Sequence record: NC_025430.1
Source: Escherichia phage vB_EcoM-ep3
Length of the DNA: 42,351 nucleotides
Strand: one strand, 5' to 3'
The notes beneath the pieces were generated by a model. The model searched no databases and had not been told where the DNA came from. It saw only the letters and a program-made list of their open reading frames with translations. This document shows, piece by piece, positions 34,659 to 42,351 of the stretch (within the stretch, counting starts at the first letter, position 1; the number at the start of each line of letters is the position of its first letter). Made by a program: the position numbers and the translations under genes.

Positions 34659-37005
34659 CAAGAAATTATCTGCAACAATAGTAATTGGCGGTGCCGTATC
34701 CAGCAGCCTGAAAGGCGCATTCAGCACCGTCAAATCTTCCGTTGACCAGGTTGGCGCAGCAATGGCCAAACTGGAACGCGAGCAACGACAACTAACCAAC
34801 GCCATCCAGACGTTTGGCCGCCAGGGCAAAAACGTTGATTCACTGCGCGCCAAGTACGCCGCCAACGTTTCTGCGGTGGACAAACTGCGCGCAGCCACCG
34901 AACGCCTGAAACGCGTGGAGGATGCCCGCGAACGCAACCTGGCGAAGCGCGACCAATACAAAGATGGGATCATGGGCACCATTGCCCTGGGTGCCACTAT
35001 CGCCGCGCCAATCAAAGCCGCGATGGATTTTGAAAGCACCGTTGCCGACATCAAAAAGGTAGTGGATGCGCCGAAGGGTGCCGACGAAGATACTTTCTTC
35101 AAAGCCATCAGCAAACAGGTTTTGGATATGTCCAAAACCCTGCCGATGACGGCCAACGAAATTGGCCGCATCTTTGCGCTTGGCGGCCAGTCTGGCATCG
35201 CAGCCGAAGATTTGGGCAAGTTCACAGAATCAGCCGTAAAAATGGGCGTGGCGTTTGATGTCAGCGCGGAACAGGCTGGCCAGTCAATGGCGGAACTGCG
35301 TTCTGCTTTCGGCATGACGCAAGACCAGGTGAACACGCTGGCCGACCAGATGAACTACCTGGACAACAACGGCAGCGCCGCAGCAAAAGATATTCTGGAA
35401 ATCGTCCAGCGCGTTGGGCCGCTTGGCAAGGTTGCTGGCACTGCTGCCGGTCAGATCGCCGCGATGGCATCAACACTGCGCGGCATGGGTGTGCAGAATG
35501 AAGTTGCCGCAACCGGCATTCAAAACTTCATGCTGGCGCTCACTGCTGGTGATGCTGCCACGAAGTCACAGAGGGCGGCCCTTGCCGAATTAGGCTACGG
35601 TTCACGCGAAGTGGCGAAGTCAATGCAGTTGGATGCGCAAAAAACCATGACGGTGATTCTGAAACAAATCAGAAAACTACCGAAGTGGAAACAGGCGTCA
35701 GCACTAACTGATTTATTCGGCAAAGAGTCGATTAAGGCCATCGCACCACTGCTGGATCAGCTTGAACAGCTTGAAGATAACTTCGCAAAGGTAGCCGACA
35801 AATCGAAGTATGCCGGTTCCATGCAGAAAGAATTTGAAGCGCGCGCGGCCACCACAGCAAACCAGCTTATTTTGTTCCGTAACCAGATCACCGGCCTGGG
35901 CGTCACGATTGGTTCAGTCCTGCTTCCTGCGGTCAACAGCGTCCTGCAAACCGTTGGGCCGTGGATTGGCAAAATCACTGAACTGGCTGACGCGCACCCG
36001 GTTGTCACCAAAGCCATTGTGGCCACGGCTGGCGCACTAATTACCATGCGCATTGCCACGTTTGCGGCTGGCTTCGCTTTCACGTACCTGCGCGGCGGCG
36101 CGCTGCGTGTTGTGGGTGCCCTGGCTGGTGCCCGCGCACAGATGGCACTGACGGCGGTTTCCGCGCGTGCAGTGGGTGCCGCAGCTACCGTGGCCAACGG
36201 CGGCCTGGTGGGCATGGCATCACGTGGAATCCCTGCCGTTGTTACTGGCGTGCGCGCCATCGGTGCGGCGTTCATTTCCACCGGCATTGGTGCCCTGATT
36301 ACCGGCCTGGCGCTTGGCGGCCTGTGGATTTACCGCAATTGGGCTGGCGTCAAAGCGTTCATGACCGGCACTTTGCAGGGCATCCAGCAAGGGTTGCAGC
36401 CTGTTACGGAGAAATTCCAGGCGCTGTGGGATAAGTTAGGACCAGTCAAAACCGCTTTCCAGTGGGTTGCTGACGCTGCTGGCAAGGCGTGGGATTGGTT
36501 CACCAAACTGGCCGAACCGGTGAGCTACAGCGGCGAAGAACTGAAAAAGGCCGGTGACGCTGGCCAGCAGTTCGGCAAGGCGCTGGCGGCAGGTATTGAT
36601 TTTGTGTTGGGGCCGATTCAGTTCCTGATTGATAAGATCATTTGGGTTTCTGACAACATTGGCGCGCTGACGCAAAAAGCCGTTGAGTTCAAAAACAGCG
36701 TTTCTGACATGGCTGGTGGTGCCTGGCAGAAAACGAAAGACTTTTTCAGCAACCCGTTTGGCGATGACGCGCCGCAGGGCAACGCGCTGACGACGCCGCA
36801 GACACCGGCCAGCGCATTGCCAGCGCCTGCCCTGGCGAACCGTGGCGGCAGTACATACACCGACAGCAGCACAACCACCATTCAGGTGACGCAGCGCCCT
36901 GGTGAGAACAACGCAGACCTGGCCAAACGCATTGCCGACGAACAGGAGCGCCGACGCCAAGTGCGCCAGCGCAGCATGATGAATGACGGAGTGACGGCAC
37001 CATGA
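34648..37005 (+). CDS. tail tape measure protein
   Basis: 785 aa; Ala/Gly-rich, long helical composition; position between chaperone and gpU. Confidence 0.9.
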   Translation: MASNKKLSATIVIGGAVSSSLKGAFSTVKSSVDQVGAAMAKLEREQRQLTNAIQTFGRQGKNVDSLRAKYAANVSAVDKLRAATERLKRVEDARERNLAKRDQYKDGIMGTIALGATIAAPIKAAMDFESTVADIKKVVDAPKGADEDTFFKAISKQVLDMSKTLPMTANEIGRIFALGGQSGIAAEDLGKFTESAVKMGVAFDVSAEQAGQSMAELRSAFGMTQDQVNTLADQMNYLDNNGSAAAKDILEIVQRVGPLGKVAGTAAGQIAAMASTLRGMGVQNEVAATGIQNFMLALTAGDAATKSQRAALAELGYGSREVAKSMQLDAQKTMTVILKQIRKLPKWKQASALTDLFGKESIKAIAPLLDQLEQLEDNFAKVADKSKYAGSMQKEFEARAATTANQLILFRNQITGLGVTIGSVLLPAVNSVLQTVGPWIGKITELADAHPVVTKAIVATAGALITMRIATFAAGFAFTYLRGGALRVVGALAGARAQMALTAVSARAVGAAATVANGGLVGMASRGIPAVVTGVRAIGAAFISTGIGALITGLALGGLWIYRNWAGVKAFMTGTLQGIQQGLQPVTEKFQALWDKLGPVKTAFQWVADAAGKAWDWFTKLAEPVSYSGEELKKAGDAGQQFGKALAAGIDFVLGPIQFLIDKIIWVSDNIGALTQKAVEFKNSVSDMAGGAWQKTKDFFSNPFGDDAPQGNALTTPQTPASALPAPALANRGGSTYTDSSTTTIQVTQRPGENNADLAKRIADEQERRRQVRQRSMMNDGVTAP

Positions 37006-37412
37006 CCAGTTTCACGATTTTAACCGGGCAGACCAACATCATGATGATGTTGGGCGGCTTCCAGTTCTGCATCCTTACTGCGGCATATCAGGAACTGAAC
37101 CGCCACAGCGAATATAAGTGGCCATCGCAGCACCGCTTTGGCCTGCGCCCATCATCGCAATTCGTGGGCATCGGAGAGGAAACCATCACCCTGGCTGGCA
37201 TCATTTACCCTGAATACCGTGGCGGGTTTCAGCAGGTGGAGCAAATGCGCAGCATGGCTGGCCGTGGTCAGCCGCTGTTGCTGGTTGATGGCCTGGGCAA
37301 ACTGTGGGGCCGTTGGGTGATTGAAGCTATTGACGAAAAACAATCATTGTTTGCGGCGTTCGGTGCGCCGCGCAAACAGGAATTCAATTTGCAACTGCGG
37401 CGGTTCAACTGA
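37002..37412 (+). CDS. tail protein U (P2 gpU-like)
   Basis: 136 aa; MMMLGGFQFCILTAAYQEL and FVGIGEETITLAGIIYPEY follow the P2 gpU pattern as I recall it. Confidence 0.85.
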   Translation: MTSFTILTGQTNIMMMLGGFQFCILTAAYQELNRHSEYKWPSQHRFGLRPSSQFVGIGEETITLAGIIYPEYRGGFQQVEQMRSMAGRGQPLLLVDGLGKLWGRWVIEAIDEKQSLFAAFGAPRKQEFNLQLRRFN

Positions 37413-37621
37413 TGCAAACTTACATTACCAAAGACGGTGACACGGCGGATTACATCGCCTGGAAATACTACGGCAACCAGGATGCGGGCACCGTGGAAGC
37501 ACTGGTGGACGCCAACAAGGGGCTGGCCGACCGTGGGCCTGTGTTGCCTGCTGGCCTGGTCATCAACCTGCCGGAAATTACGACACCAGCGACCACGCAA
37601 GGTATCAAATTATGGGATTGA
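37412..37621 (+). CDS. tail protein X (P2 gpX-like, LysM-like)
   Basis: 69 aa; DTADYIAWKYYGNQDAGTVEALVDANKGLADRGPVLPAG matches the gpX/LysM-like pattern. Confidence 0.82.
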   Translation: MQTYITKDGDTADYIAWKYYGNQDAGTVEALVDANKGLADRGPVLPAGLVINLPEITTPATTQGIKLWD

Positions 37622-38718
37622 CTGGAATTGCGCCAGCGTTTCGCGTGCTGGCCAACGGCGATGACATCACCGCCAAAATCAATGAACGACTGATAAGCCT
37701 TAGTCTGTCTGACGGCGTGGGGCTGGAATCTGACACGCTGGAAATCAGCCTGGCGGATGATGAACCGGCCAACCCAATCCAGATGCCGGAAACAGGCGCA
37801 GAACTGGAACTGTTCCTGGGCTATGACAACTGGACCCAACGCATGGGCCTGTTTATCTGTGACGAAGTGGAACTGGCTGGCTGGCCAGGCACCATGACCA
37901 TCAGGGCGCGCGCTGCCACCTATGACAAGTCAAAGGGCGGCAAAACCGACCTGCAAACGCAGAAATCACGAAGCTGGACCAAAGGCACGAAGTTTGGCGA
38001 CATGGTGAAGAAGATAGCCAGCGAACACGGCATGGAATCCGCCGTGTCAGAAAGCATGGCCAAAATCACCCTGCCCCACACCGACCAGGCCGATGAATCT
38101 GACCTGAACCTGTTGCTGCGCCTCGCCAAGAAATATGACGGCGTAGTGAAGCCAGCAGGCGGCAAAATCACGGTCACGAAGAAAGGCGAAGGCAAGACGG
38201 CCAGCGGCGAAGAACTGCCAACCATCACGCTGACGGCGCAGGATTGCACCGCATTCAGGCTGACCAGCCAGAAGCGCGAAAACGCAGGCACGGTGGTGGC
38301 TTACTACCAGGTGACGAAGAAGGCCGCGCGCAACGAAGTGAAGGTGGGCGAAGGTGAGCCGGTCAAACGGATTGGCAAATACTACCCGACGCAGGCAATG
38401 GCCCTGGACGCTGCCAAAGCCGAACTGGCCAAGCGCCAGCGCAACCAGGTGACCGTTGCCGTTACGCTGCCGGGTGACCCATCCATTGCCGCAGAATGCA
38501 AACTGGTGCTGGTTGGGTTCCGTGATGGCATTGATGGCGAATGGCTGATTACCCGCGCAGATCACCGGCTGGATGACAACGGCTATTCTTGCGACGTGGA
38601 AGCAACGAAGCCGAACAGCGAAGAAGAACCGAAGGTGGAAGTTATCGAGCGCAAGAAGCCGCAAGAAAGCGACCCGCCTGACGATGATGGCCCTGGGCAC
38701 GTCATCGAAGAAAAATAA
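37612..38718 (+). CDS. tail protein D (P2 gpD-like)
   Basis: 368 aa; N-terminus PAFRVLANGDDITAKINERLISLSLSD matches the P2 gpD pattern; last gene of the tail operon. Confidence 0.88.
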   Translation: MGLTGIAPAFRVLANGDDITAKINERLISLSLSDGVGLESDTLEISLADDEPANPIQMPETGAELELFLGYDNWTQRMGLFICDEVELAGWPGTMTIRARAATYDKSKGGKTDLQTQKSRSWTKGTKFGDMVKKIASEHGMESAVSESMAKITLPHTDQADESDLNLLLRLAKKYDGVVKPAGGKITVTKKGEGKTASGEELPTITLTAQDCTAFRLTSQKRENAGTVVAYYQVTKKAARNEVKVGEGEPVKRIGKYYPTQAMALDAAKAELAKRQRNQVTVAVTLPGDPSIAAECKLVLVGFRDGIDGEWLITRADHRLDDNGYSCDVEATKPNSEEEPKVEVIERKKPQESDPPDDDGPGHVIEEK

Positions 38719-38810
38719 CAACAAACATTGTTGTAATCATTCTACATCATCGTATATCATTACCTTAACCGGGCGGATAACCTGCCCGGATAAATAACGA
38801 GGTAATGCCC

Positions 38811-39284
38811 ATGTGTTTATTACTTTCCCACTCTATCGCCGGAACCGGCGGACCGTACCCACAACCTAAAAATAACGGCTGGATTGATTGGCATGGTGGT
38901 GAATGTCCGGTGGATAGTGACGAAATTGTTGAGGTCAAATTCCGTGAACCTTGCCCGATTCATTTCAGTAATGACAGAGCAGGAGATTTTACATGGCTTC
39001 ATTATGGACATACCGCCGACATCATTGCTTACAGACTGGTGAACAAGCATGAATTAGAAACCGCTTGCATTGATGTGAAGCGCGATGCTGTCAAATCCAA
39101 TGATGCGCAGTTAGAAGCCGACCTGAATGACTGCATTGGCCAGCCGCAAAGCGATGACGATGCGCGTGATGAAATACTTTACGAACTGGCTAACTTTGCG
39201 GCCACTACAAAAACCAGTCTTGACATTGGTGTTGCCACAGAAATTGCAATTTGGCTTTCTGGCAAAGGTTATCGTAAACAATGA
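38811..39284 (+). CDS. hypothetical protein
   Basis: About 157 aa; first gene after the tail operon; several Cys/His residues; no family recognised. Confidence 0.45.
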   Translation: MCLLLSHSIAGTGGPYPQPKNNGWIDWHGGECPVDSDEIVEVKFREPCPIHFSNDRAGDFTWLHYGHTADIIAYRLVNKHELETACIDVKRDAVKSNDAQLEADLNDCIGQPQSDDDARDEILYELANFAATTKTSLDIGVATEIAIWLSGKGYRKQ

Positions 39285-39364
39285 TTGTTAAAAAACGCGA
39301 TCTGCCCATCATTATTGTATGGGCTTCATTTCTAATCACTTCATTTGTATTGGGATTTATGTAA

Positions 39365-40240
39365 ATGGCTACTATCGGGCAACTGTATAAATCAAAACAA
39401 ACCGCAGCAACGCCGCGCAAGGTGTTTTGGGTGCCGCTGGCTGAACTGTATGTGGAAGATGGCTACAACATCCGCGACGTGGACCAGGCGCACGTTGAAG
39501 AATTCCGCGATGCGTACCTGGCCGGTGAATATGTGCCGCCGCTGACCGTGGAAGTGACGCAGCAGGGCATCAAGGTGATTGATGGCCACCACCGCTTTGC
39601 CGGTGCAAAGATGGCCGCAGAAACCGGCCTGGAACTGCGCCTGGAAGTGAACGACATCACCGGCACCAGTGAGGCTGACAAAATCGCGCTGATGGTCACC
39701 AGCAGCCAGGGCAAGCCGCTGGAACCGCTGGAACGCGCCAAAGCCTATTCGCGCCTGAAAGCGCAGGGCTGGACCAATGACGAGATAGCCAAGAAGGTGA
39801 AGCGCAGCCCGTCAGACGTGGCCAACATGCTGGCCCTGGCTGAATGCCCGGAACCCATCAAAGACATGGTGCGCGGTGGCCAGATGTCCTACGTGACCGC
39901 CACCGAACTGACCCGCCAGCACGGCACCGAAGCCGAAGCCGTGGCCGCACAGGCGCTGGAAGAAGCCAAAGCCGCTGGCAAGGATAAAGTAACAAAGAAA
40001 TTCACCGAACCGAAGGCACCAAAAGCGCCGAAGGCCAAGCCGGAAGCAATCCAGCCACCGTTCGGCAAAGACAAGCTGACGCGCCTGGCTGACCTGGCCG
40101 TGCAAATCGAACTGGTCCACAGCGATGAACGCCTGGAAGATGCCGAGCCTGACGAATCCATGACCCTGCGCGCACCTGCTGGCGTGGTGCGTGAATTCAT
40201 GGCGCTGGTGGCTGACTACGTGGGCGGGGTGCCGGAATGA
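39365..40240 (+). CDS. ParB-like nuclease-domain protein
   Basis: 291 aa; N-terminal ParB/Srx-type motif (KVIDGHHRF) plus HTH-like segment (GWTNDEIAKKVKRSPSDVANMLAL); Lys/Ala/Pro-rich linker; no parA nearby. Confidence 0.7.
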   Translation: MATIGQLYKSKQTAATPRKVFWVPLAELYVEDGYNIRDVDQAHVEEFRDAYLAGEYVPPLTVEVTQQGIKVIDGHHRFAGAKMAAETGLELRLEVNDITGTSEADKIALMVTSSQGKPLEPLERAKAYSRLKAQGWTNDEIAKKVKRSPSDVANMLALAECPEPIKDMVRGGQMSYVTATELTRQHGTEAEAVAAQALEEAKAAGKDKVTKKFTEPKAPKAPKAKPEAIQPPFGKDKLTRLADLAVQIELVHSDERLEDAEPDESMTLRAPAGVVREFMALVADYVGGVPE

Positions 40241-40548
40241 AAGGCGAACTGAAAGCCGGTGGCCTGGCGCTGGTGATTGGTAACAACCCGCACGCTGGGA
40301 AGTGTGTAACGCTGGTTCGTTTTGTAACCCCTGGCCAGATGTTTAACATTCCTACAGGCGGAGAGACTTTCTTATCTCTGAAAGCCGATGCCTCATGGTT
40401 GGTGACCGGAAATGTTTATCCAAAAGGATGTGAACATGATCAAGGCTGGTCGCTTTTTGCGCCAAGATGCCTGCTGCCAATCGACGGCGACGACCACCAG
40501 GAACAGGAACAACTAACCAAAGACAAACCAGCCGAACTGACGGCGTAA
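40237..40548 (+). CDS. hypothetical protein
   Basis: 103 aa; ATGA-coupled to the ParB-like gene. Confidence 0.45.
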   Translation: MKGELKAGGLALVIGNNPHAGKCVTLVRFVTPGQMFNIPTGGETFLSLKADASWLVTGNVYPKGCEHDQGWSLFAPRCLLPIDGDDHQEQEQLTKDKPAELTA

Positions 40549-40557
40549 GGGGCATAT

Positions 40558-40779
40558 GTGAAACTGCGAAAAGTGGATGTGAAAGGAACCTATAACATCA
40601 GGTTCATCATTTCGATGACGGCAAGTGATGGCCGTGAGGCGTGCTGGTATCTTGAAACAGTAGAACGTTCTCTGAATAAAGCAGATAAGGGGAACTGGCG
40701 TAATGCAATAGCAGCCGATCTGCTACGAGGACGCCAGGCGCTGCGTGACATTATAAACAACCTAGCCGGTGAGGCGTAA
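40558..40779 (+). CDS. hypothetical protein (GTG start)
   Basis: 73 aa; GTG preceded by GCGTAAGGGG, the same context seen before the next gene. Confidence 0.4.
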   Translation: MKLRKVDVKGTYNIRFIISMTASDGREACWYLETVERSLNKADKGNWRNAIAADLLRGRQALRDIINNLAGEA

Positions 40780-40788
40780 GGGGATAGT

Positions 40789-40968
40789 GTGGAAGAAATA
40801 GAATACGTTGTAACACTGAAAATGGAAGATGGCGCGATGTATGAGGCTTTACGCGCCACCGCAACCAAAGATGGTGATCTATCTGTGCAGGCACCAGACC
40901 AGGAAGCCCTACTGGCAGTCCTGGATAAGATGCAGGAAATGATAGATTATATCCGTGAAAACATGTAA
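40789..40968 (+). CDS. hypothetical small protein (GTG start)
   Basis: 59 aa, frame checked; GTG preceded by GCGTAAGGGG; followed by a strong terminator. Confidence 0.35.
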   Translation: MEEIEYVVTLKMEDGAMYEALRATATKDGDLSVQAPDQEALLAVLDKMQEMIDYIRENM

Positions 40969-40973
40969 CACAC

Positions 40974-40998
40974 AGCCCGCCTCTTCGGCGGGCTTTTT
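40974..40998 (+). terminator. intrinsic terminator
   Basis: AGCCCGCC-TCTTC-GGCGGGCT hairpin followed by TTTTT. Confidence 0.8.
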
Positions 40999-41003
40999 GT
41001 TGG

Positions 41004-41030
41004 TGGCGACCCAGGAAGGAATCGAACCTG
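41004..41030 (-). other. tRNA 3'-end-like fragment (T-loop, acceptor 3' strand, CCA); candidate att core
   Basis: - strand reads CAGGTTCGATTCC TTC CTGGGTC G CCA: canonical T-loop, 7-nt acceptor strand, discriminator and CCA, but no matching 5' acceptor strand (GACCCAG) or D/anticodon arms upstream. Confidence 0.5.
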
Positions 41031-41571
41031 TAACATACAGCTTATACTACCTGCCGCAGACGCGCGAGGCGATGAATAAATGGGAAATATTGTTGCGAAA
41101 TGCACTTGCGTGATATAGGATTAAATTGTCAGTTGTAGAGATTCACGCTGTCGAGAGATACACGATGACCGCCGTGAAAGGACGGCACACAACAGGTAAG
41201 AGCATTGAACCCGTAGACCTCGCGGATTTGGTGAAAGGTGCCGCGCATTGCTCTTTCCGTTGTGGTGAATGCGCAGGCTGATGCGCGACCAATGTATAAA
41301 CAGCGCTCATGGCAAGCAGTAACCAATCTGCGCCTCAAGACAGCGTCACTGGTAGTGCGGGCGCTCTAACCAGTAAGCCGGAGTTCAGCACCGGCCACCA
41401 CAACACGCGCCGTGATGCGCTTTTGCGAACACTTCCAACCACCAGGGTGTTACCTCGCAACGTGAAAGCGCATCGCAGTGCGACATTCGCACAGACTGGA
41501 ACTTACCAGACTAGTGATTCCAATAAGGCAGGTGATCTGTATCTCGCATCACAGCGTCACGTGACACAAAA

Positions 41572-41592
41572 CCCCGCTTAGGCGGGGTTTTT
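41572..41592. terminator. bidirectional intrinsic terminator
   Basis: CCCCGC-TTAG-GCGGGG hairpin flanked by ACAAAA upstream and TTTTTCTTT downstream; lies just 3' of the - strand SprT-like gene and at the end of the + strand ORF-poor region. Confidence 0.75.
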
Positions 41593-41598
41593 CTTTGG

Positions 41599-42270
41599 TC
41601 ATTCGTCATCGCCTTCCGGAGTCATCGCGCCATGTTCCGGGCAGTGAGGCGGCCCGACCTCCAACCATTTTTGCGTTACCCGAACCGTGTAGCCGCATTC
41701 CTGGCATTCGCATTTTTTCAGCCTGGTGGTTTGCTTAGGCTTCGCCGTGGACGCACCGCCGACCGGTGCCACTTCGATTTCCTCCCCTTCATCATCGTCA
41801 CCGCCTTCATCCAGGCCGATGCGCAGGCGTGGCACTTTTATGGATATGCCACGGTCAAACGTCAGCTTGGCGTGCGGCATGGGGCCAAGTTCGTCCAGGA
41901 ACGGTTTGACGTACTCTTTGAATTTCTCGCCAGGCGTGGTGGCGGTCATCGGTCCATTCAGGCCAACAGCCTTGCACACAGTGGCAAACGCGCCCTTGTG
42001 GCCACAGTCAAAACCAACGGTGGCGTGCGTCAGTTCGTGCCACAGGTGGTTTGCGACCAGGTACGGTTCCACCTGGTCTGGCATGATGAATATTTCAAAG
42101 GTGTTGTCTGCACTGCACTTGCTGTGCCAGCACTGTGCCGCCGTACTGGACCGCGCGCCGCTGCTGCAAAAGCCAACTGACACCCGGAATTTTGGCATTT
42201 CATAGCCGAATTCTTTAAAACGCGGCGCAAACTTCGCCGCCAAAGCATTTAACCAACCTTCACGGTCCAT
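41599..42270 (-). CDS. SprT-like zinc metalloprotease with C-terminal zinc ribbon
   Basis: 223 aa; HExxH motif (WHELTHA) after a basic N-terminal region, acidic linker, C-terminal CECQECG...HCPEHG zinc ribbon; GAGG RBS and a perfect TATAAT (rc of 42306-42311) upstream on the - strand. Confidence 0.55.
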   Translation of the reverse strand: MDREGWLNALAAKFAPRFKEFGYEMPKFRVSVGFCSSGARSSTAAQCWHSKCSADNTFEIFIMPDQVEPYLVANHLWHELTHATVGFDCGHKGAFATVCKAVGLNGPMTATTPGEKFKEYVKPFLDELGPMPHAKLTFDRGISIKVPRLRIGLDEGGDDDEGEEIEVAPVGGASTAKPKQTTRLKKCECQECGYTVRVTQKWLEVGPPHCPEHGAMTPEGDDE

Positions 42271-42322
42271 ATATATTTCCTCTCAATGCGTTTAAACGTG
42301 TTTAGATTATACAAAGGCAAAG

Positions 42323-42344
42323 AAAAACCCGCCATAACGGCGGG
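42323..42344 (-). terminator. intrinsic terminator for a - strand transcript entering from beyond the window
   Basis: CCCGCC-ATAAC-GGCGGG hairpin (42328-42344) preceded on + by AAAAA; 22-nt near-identical to the terminator at 1-27. Confidence 0.6.
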
Positions 42345-42351
42345 GTGGTTA

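Noticed and set aside
38047-38724. 225-aa - strand ORF opposite tail gene D
   Set aside because: Antisense to a gene with a clear P2 gpD-like N-terminus; Arg/Phe/Ala-rich shadow frame.
41004-41080. Possible intact tRNA gene on the - strand
   Set aside because: Only the T-loop, acceptor 3' strand and CCA are present; the upstream 50 nt cannot form the acceptor 5' strand or D/anticodon arms, so this is a fragment.
41309-41581. 90-aa + strand ORF in the ORF-poor region
   Set aside because: Low-complexity Ser/Thr/Ala-rich translation with no RBS; the region is better explained as non-coding.
41632-42180. 182-aa + strand ORF opposite the SprT-like gene
   Set aside because: The - strand ORF carries the HExxH and zinc-ribbon motifs plus an RBS and promoter; the + strand frame is Arg/Ala-rich with no RBS.
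1-42351. CRISPR array, rRNA genes, integrase or transposase
   Set aside because: No regularly spaced direct repeats with unique spacers, no rRNA-like segments, and no ORF with recombinase or transposase hallmarks were found; the repeats present are iterons and the dispersed 17-mer.

Overview
The window is essentially one tailed-phage genome or prophage with a mosaic build; all calls are from reading the sequence and ORF translations by eye, with no database searches. Layout: (i) a leftward early operon (PD-(D/E)XK exonuclease, AAA ATPase, HTH protein, TraR-like zinc finger, SSB) divergent from (ii) a rightward early/replication operon (SF2 helicase, VRR-NUC nuclease, coupled small ORFs, HTH regulator, P4-alpha-like primase-helicase), then a beta-class DNA methyltransferase, a DUF551-like protein and a terminator-flanked AT-rich cargo gene; (iii) a dense GGTCACC iteron array, a Mor/C-like activator and a lysis cassette (holin, second membrane protein, GH24 endolysin, Rz with embedded Rz1); (iv) a lambda-like head module (Nu1/A terminase, portal, fused protease-scaffold-capsid ORF); (v) a P2-like contractile tail module (V, W, J, I, AT-rich tailspike-like protein, H-like fibre, fibre chaperone, sheath, tube, E chaperone with a -1 frameshift site, an inserted HNH endonuclease, tape measure, U, X, D); (vi) a right-end accessory region (ParB-like nuclease-domain protein with small GTG-start genes, a tRNA 3'-end fragment, an ORF-poor structured region, and a stand-alone SprT-like metalloprotease). 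No integrase, intact tRNA, rRNA or CRISPR array was found. The most unusual signals are a 17-bp motif (GACAAACCCCAAGAAGA) present exactly four times 50-115 bp upstream of structural-gene starts, and the iteron array, which resembles the origin repeats bound by P4 alpha. I could not pin down a single clearly novel system; the best candidates for one are the accessory cluster after gene D and the terminator-bounded cargo genes.
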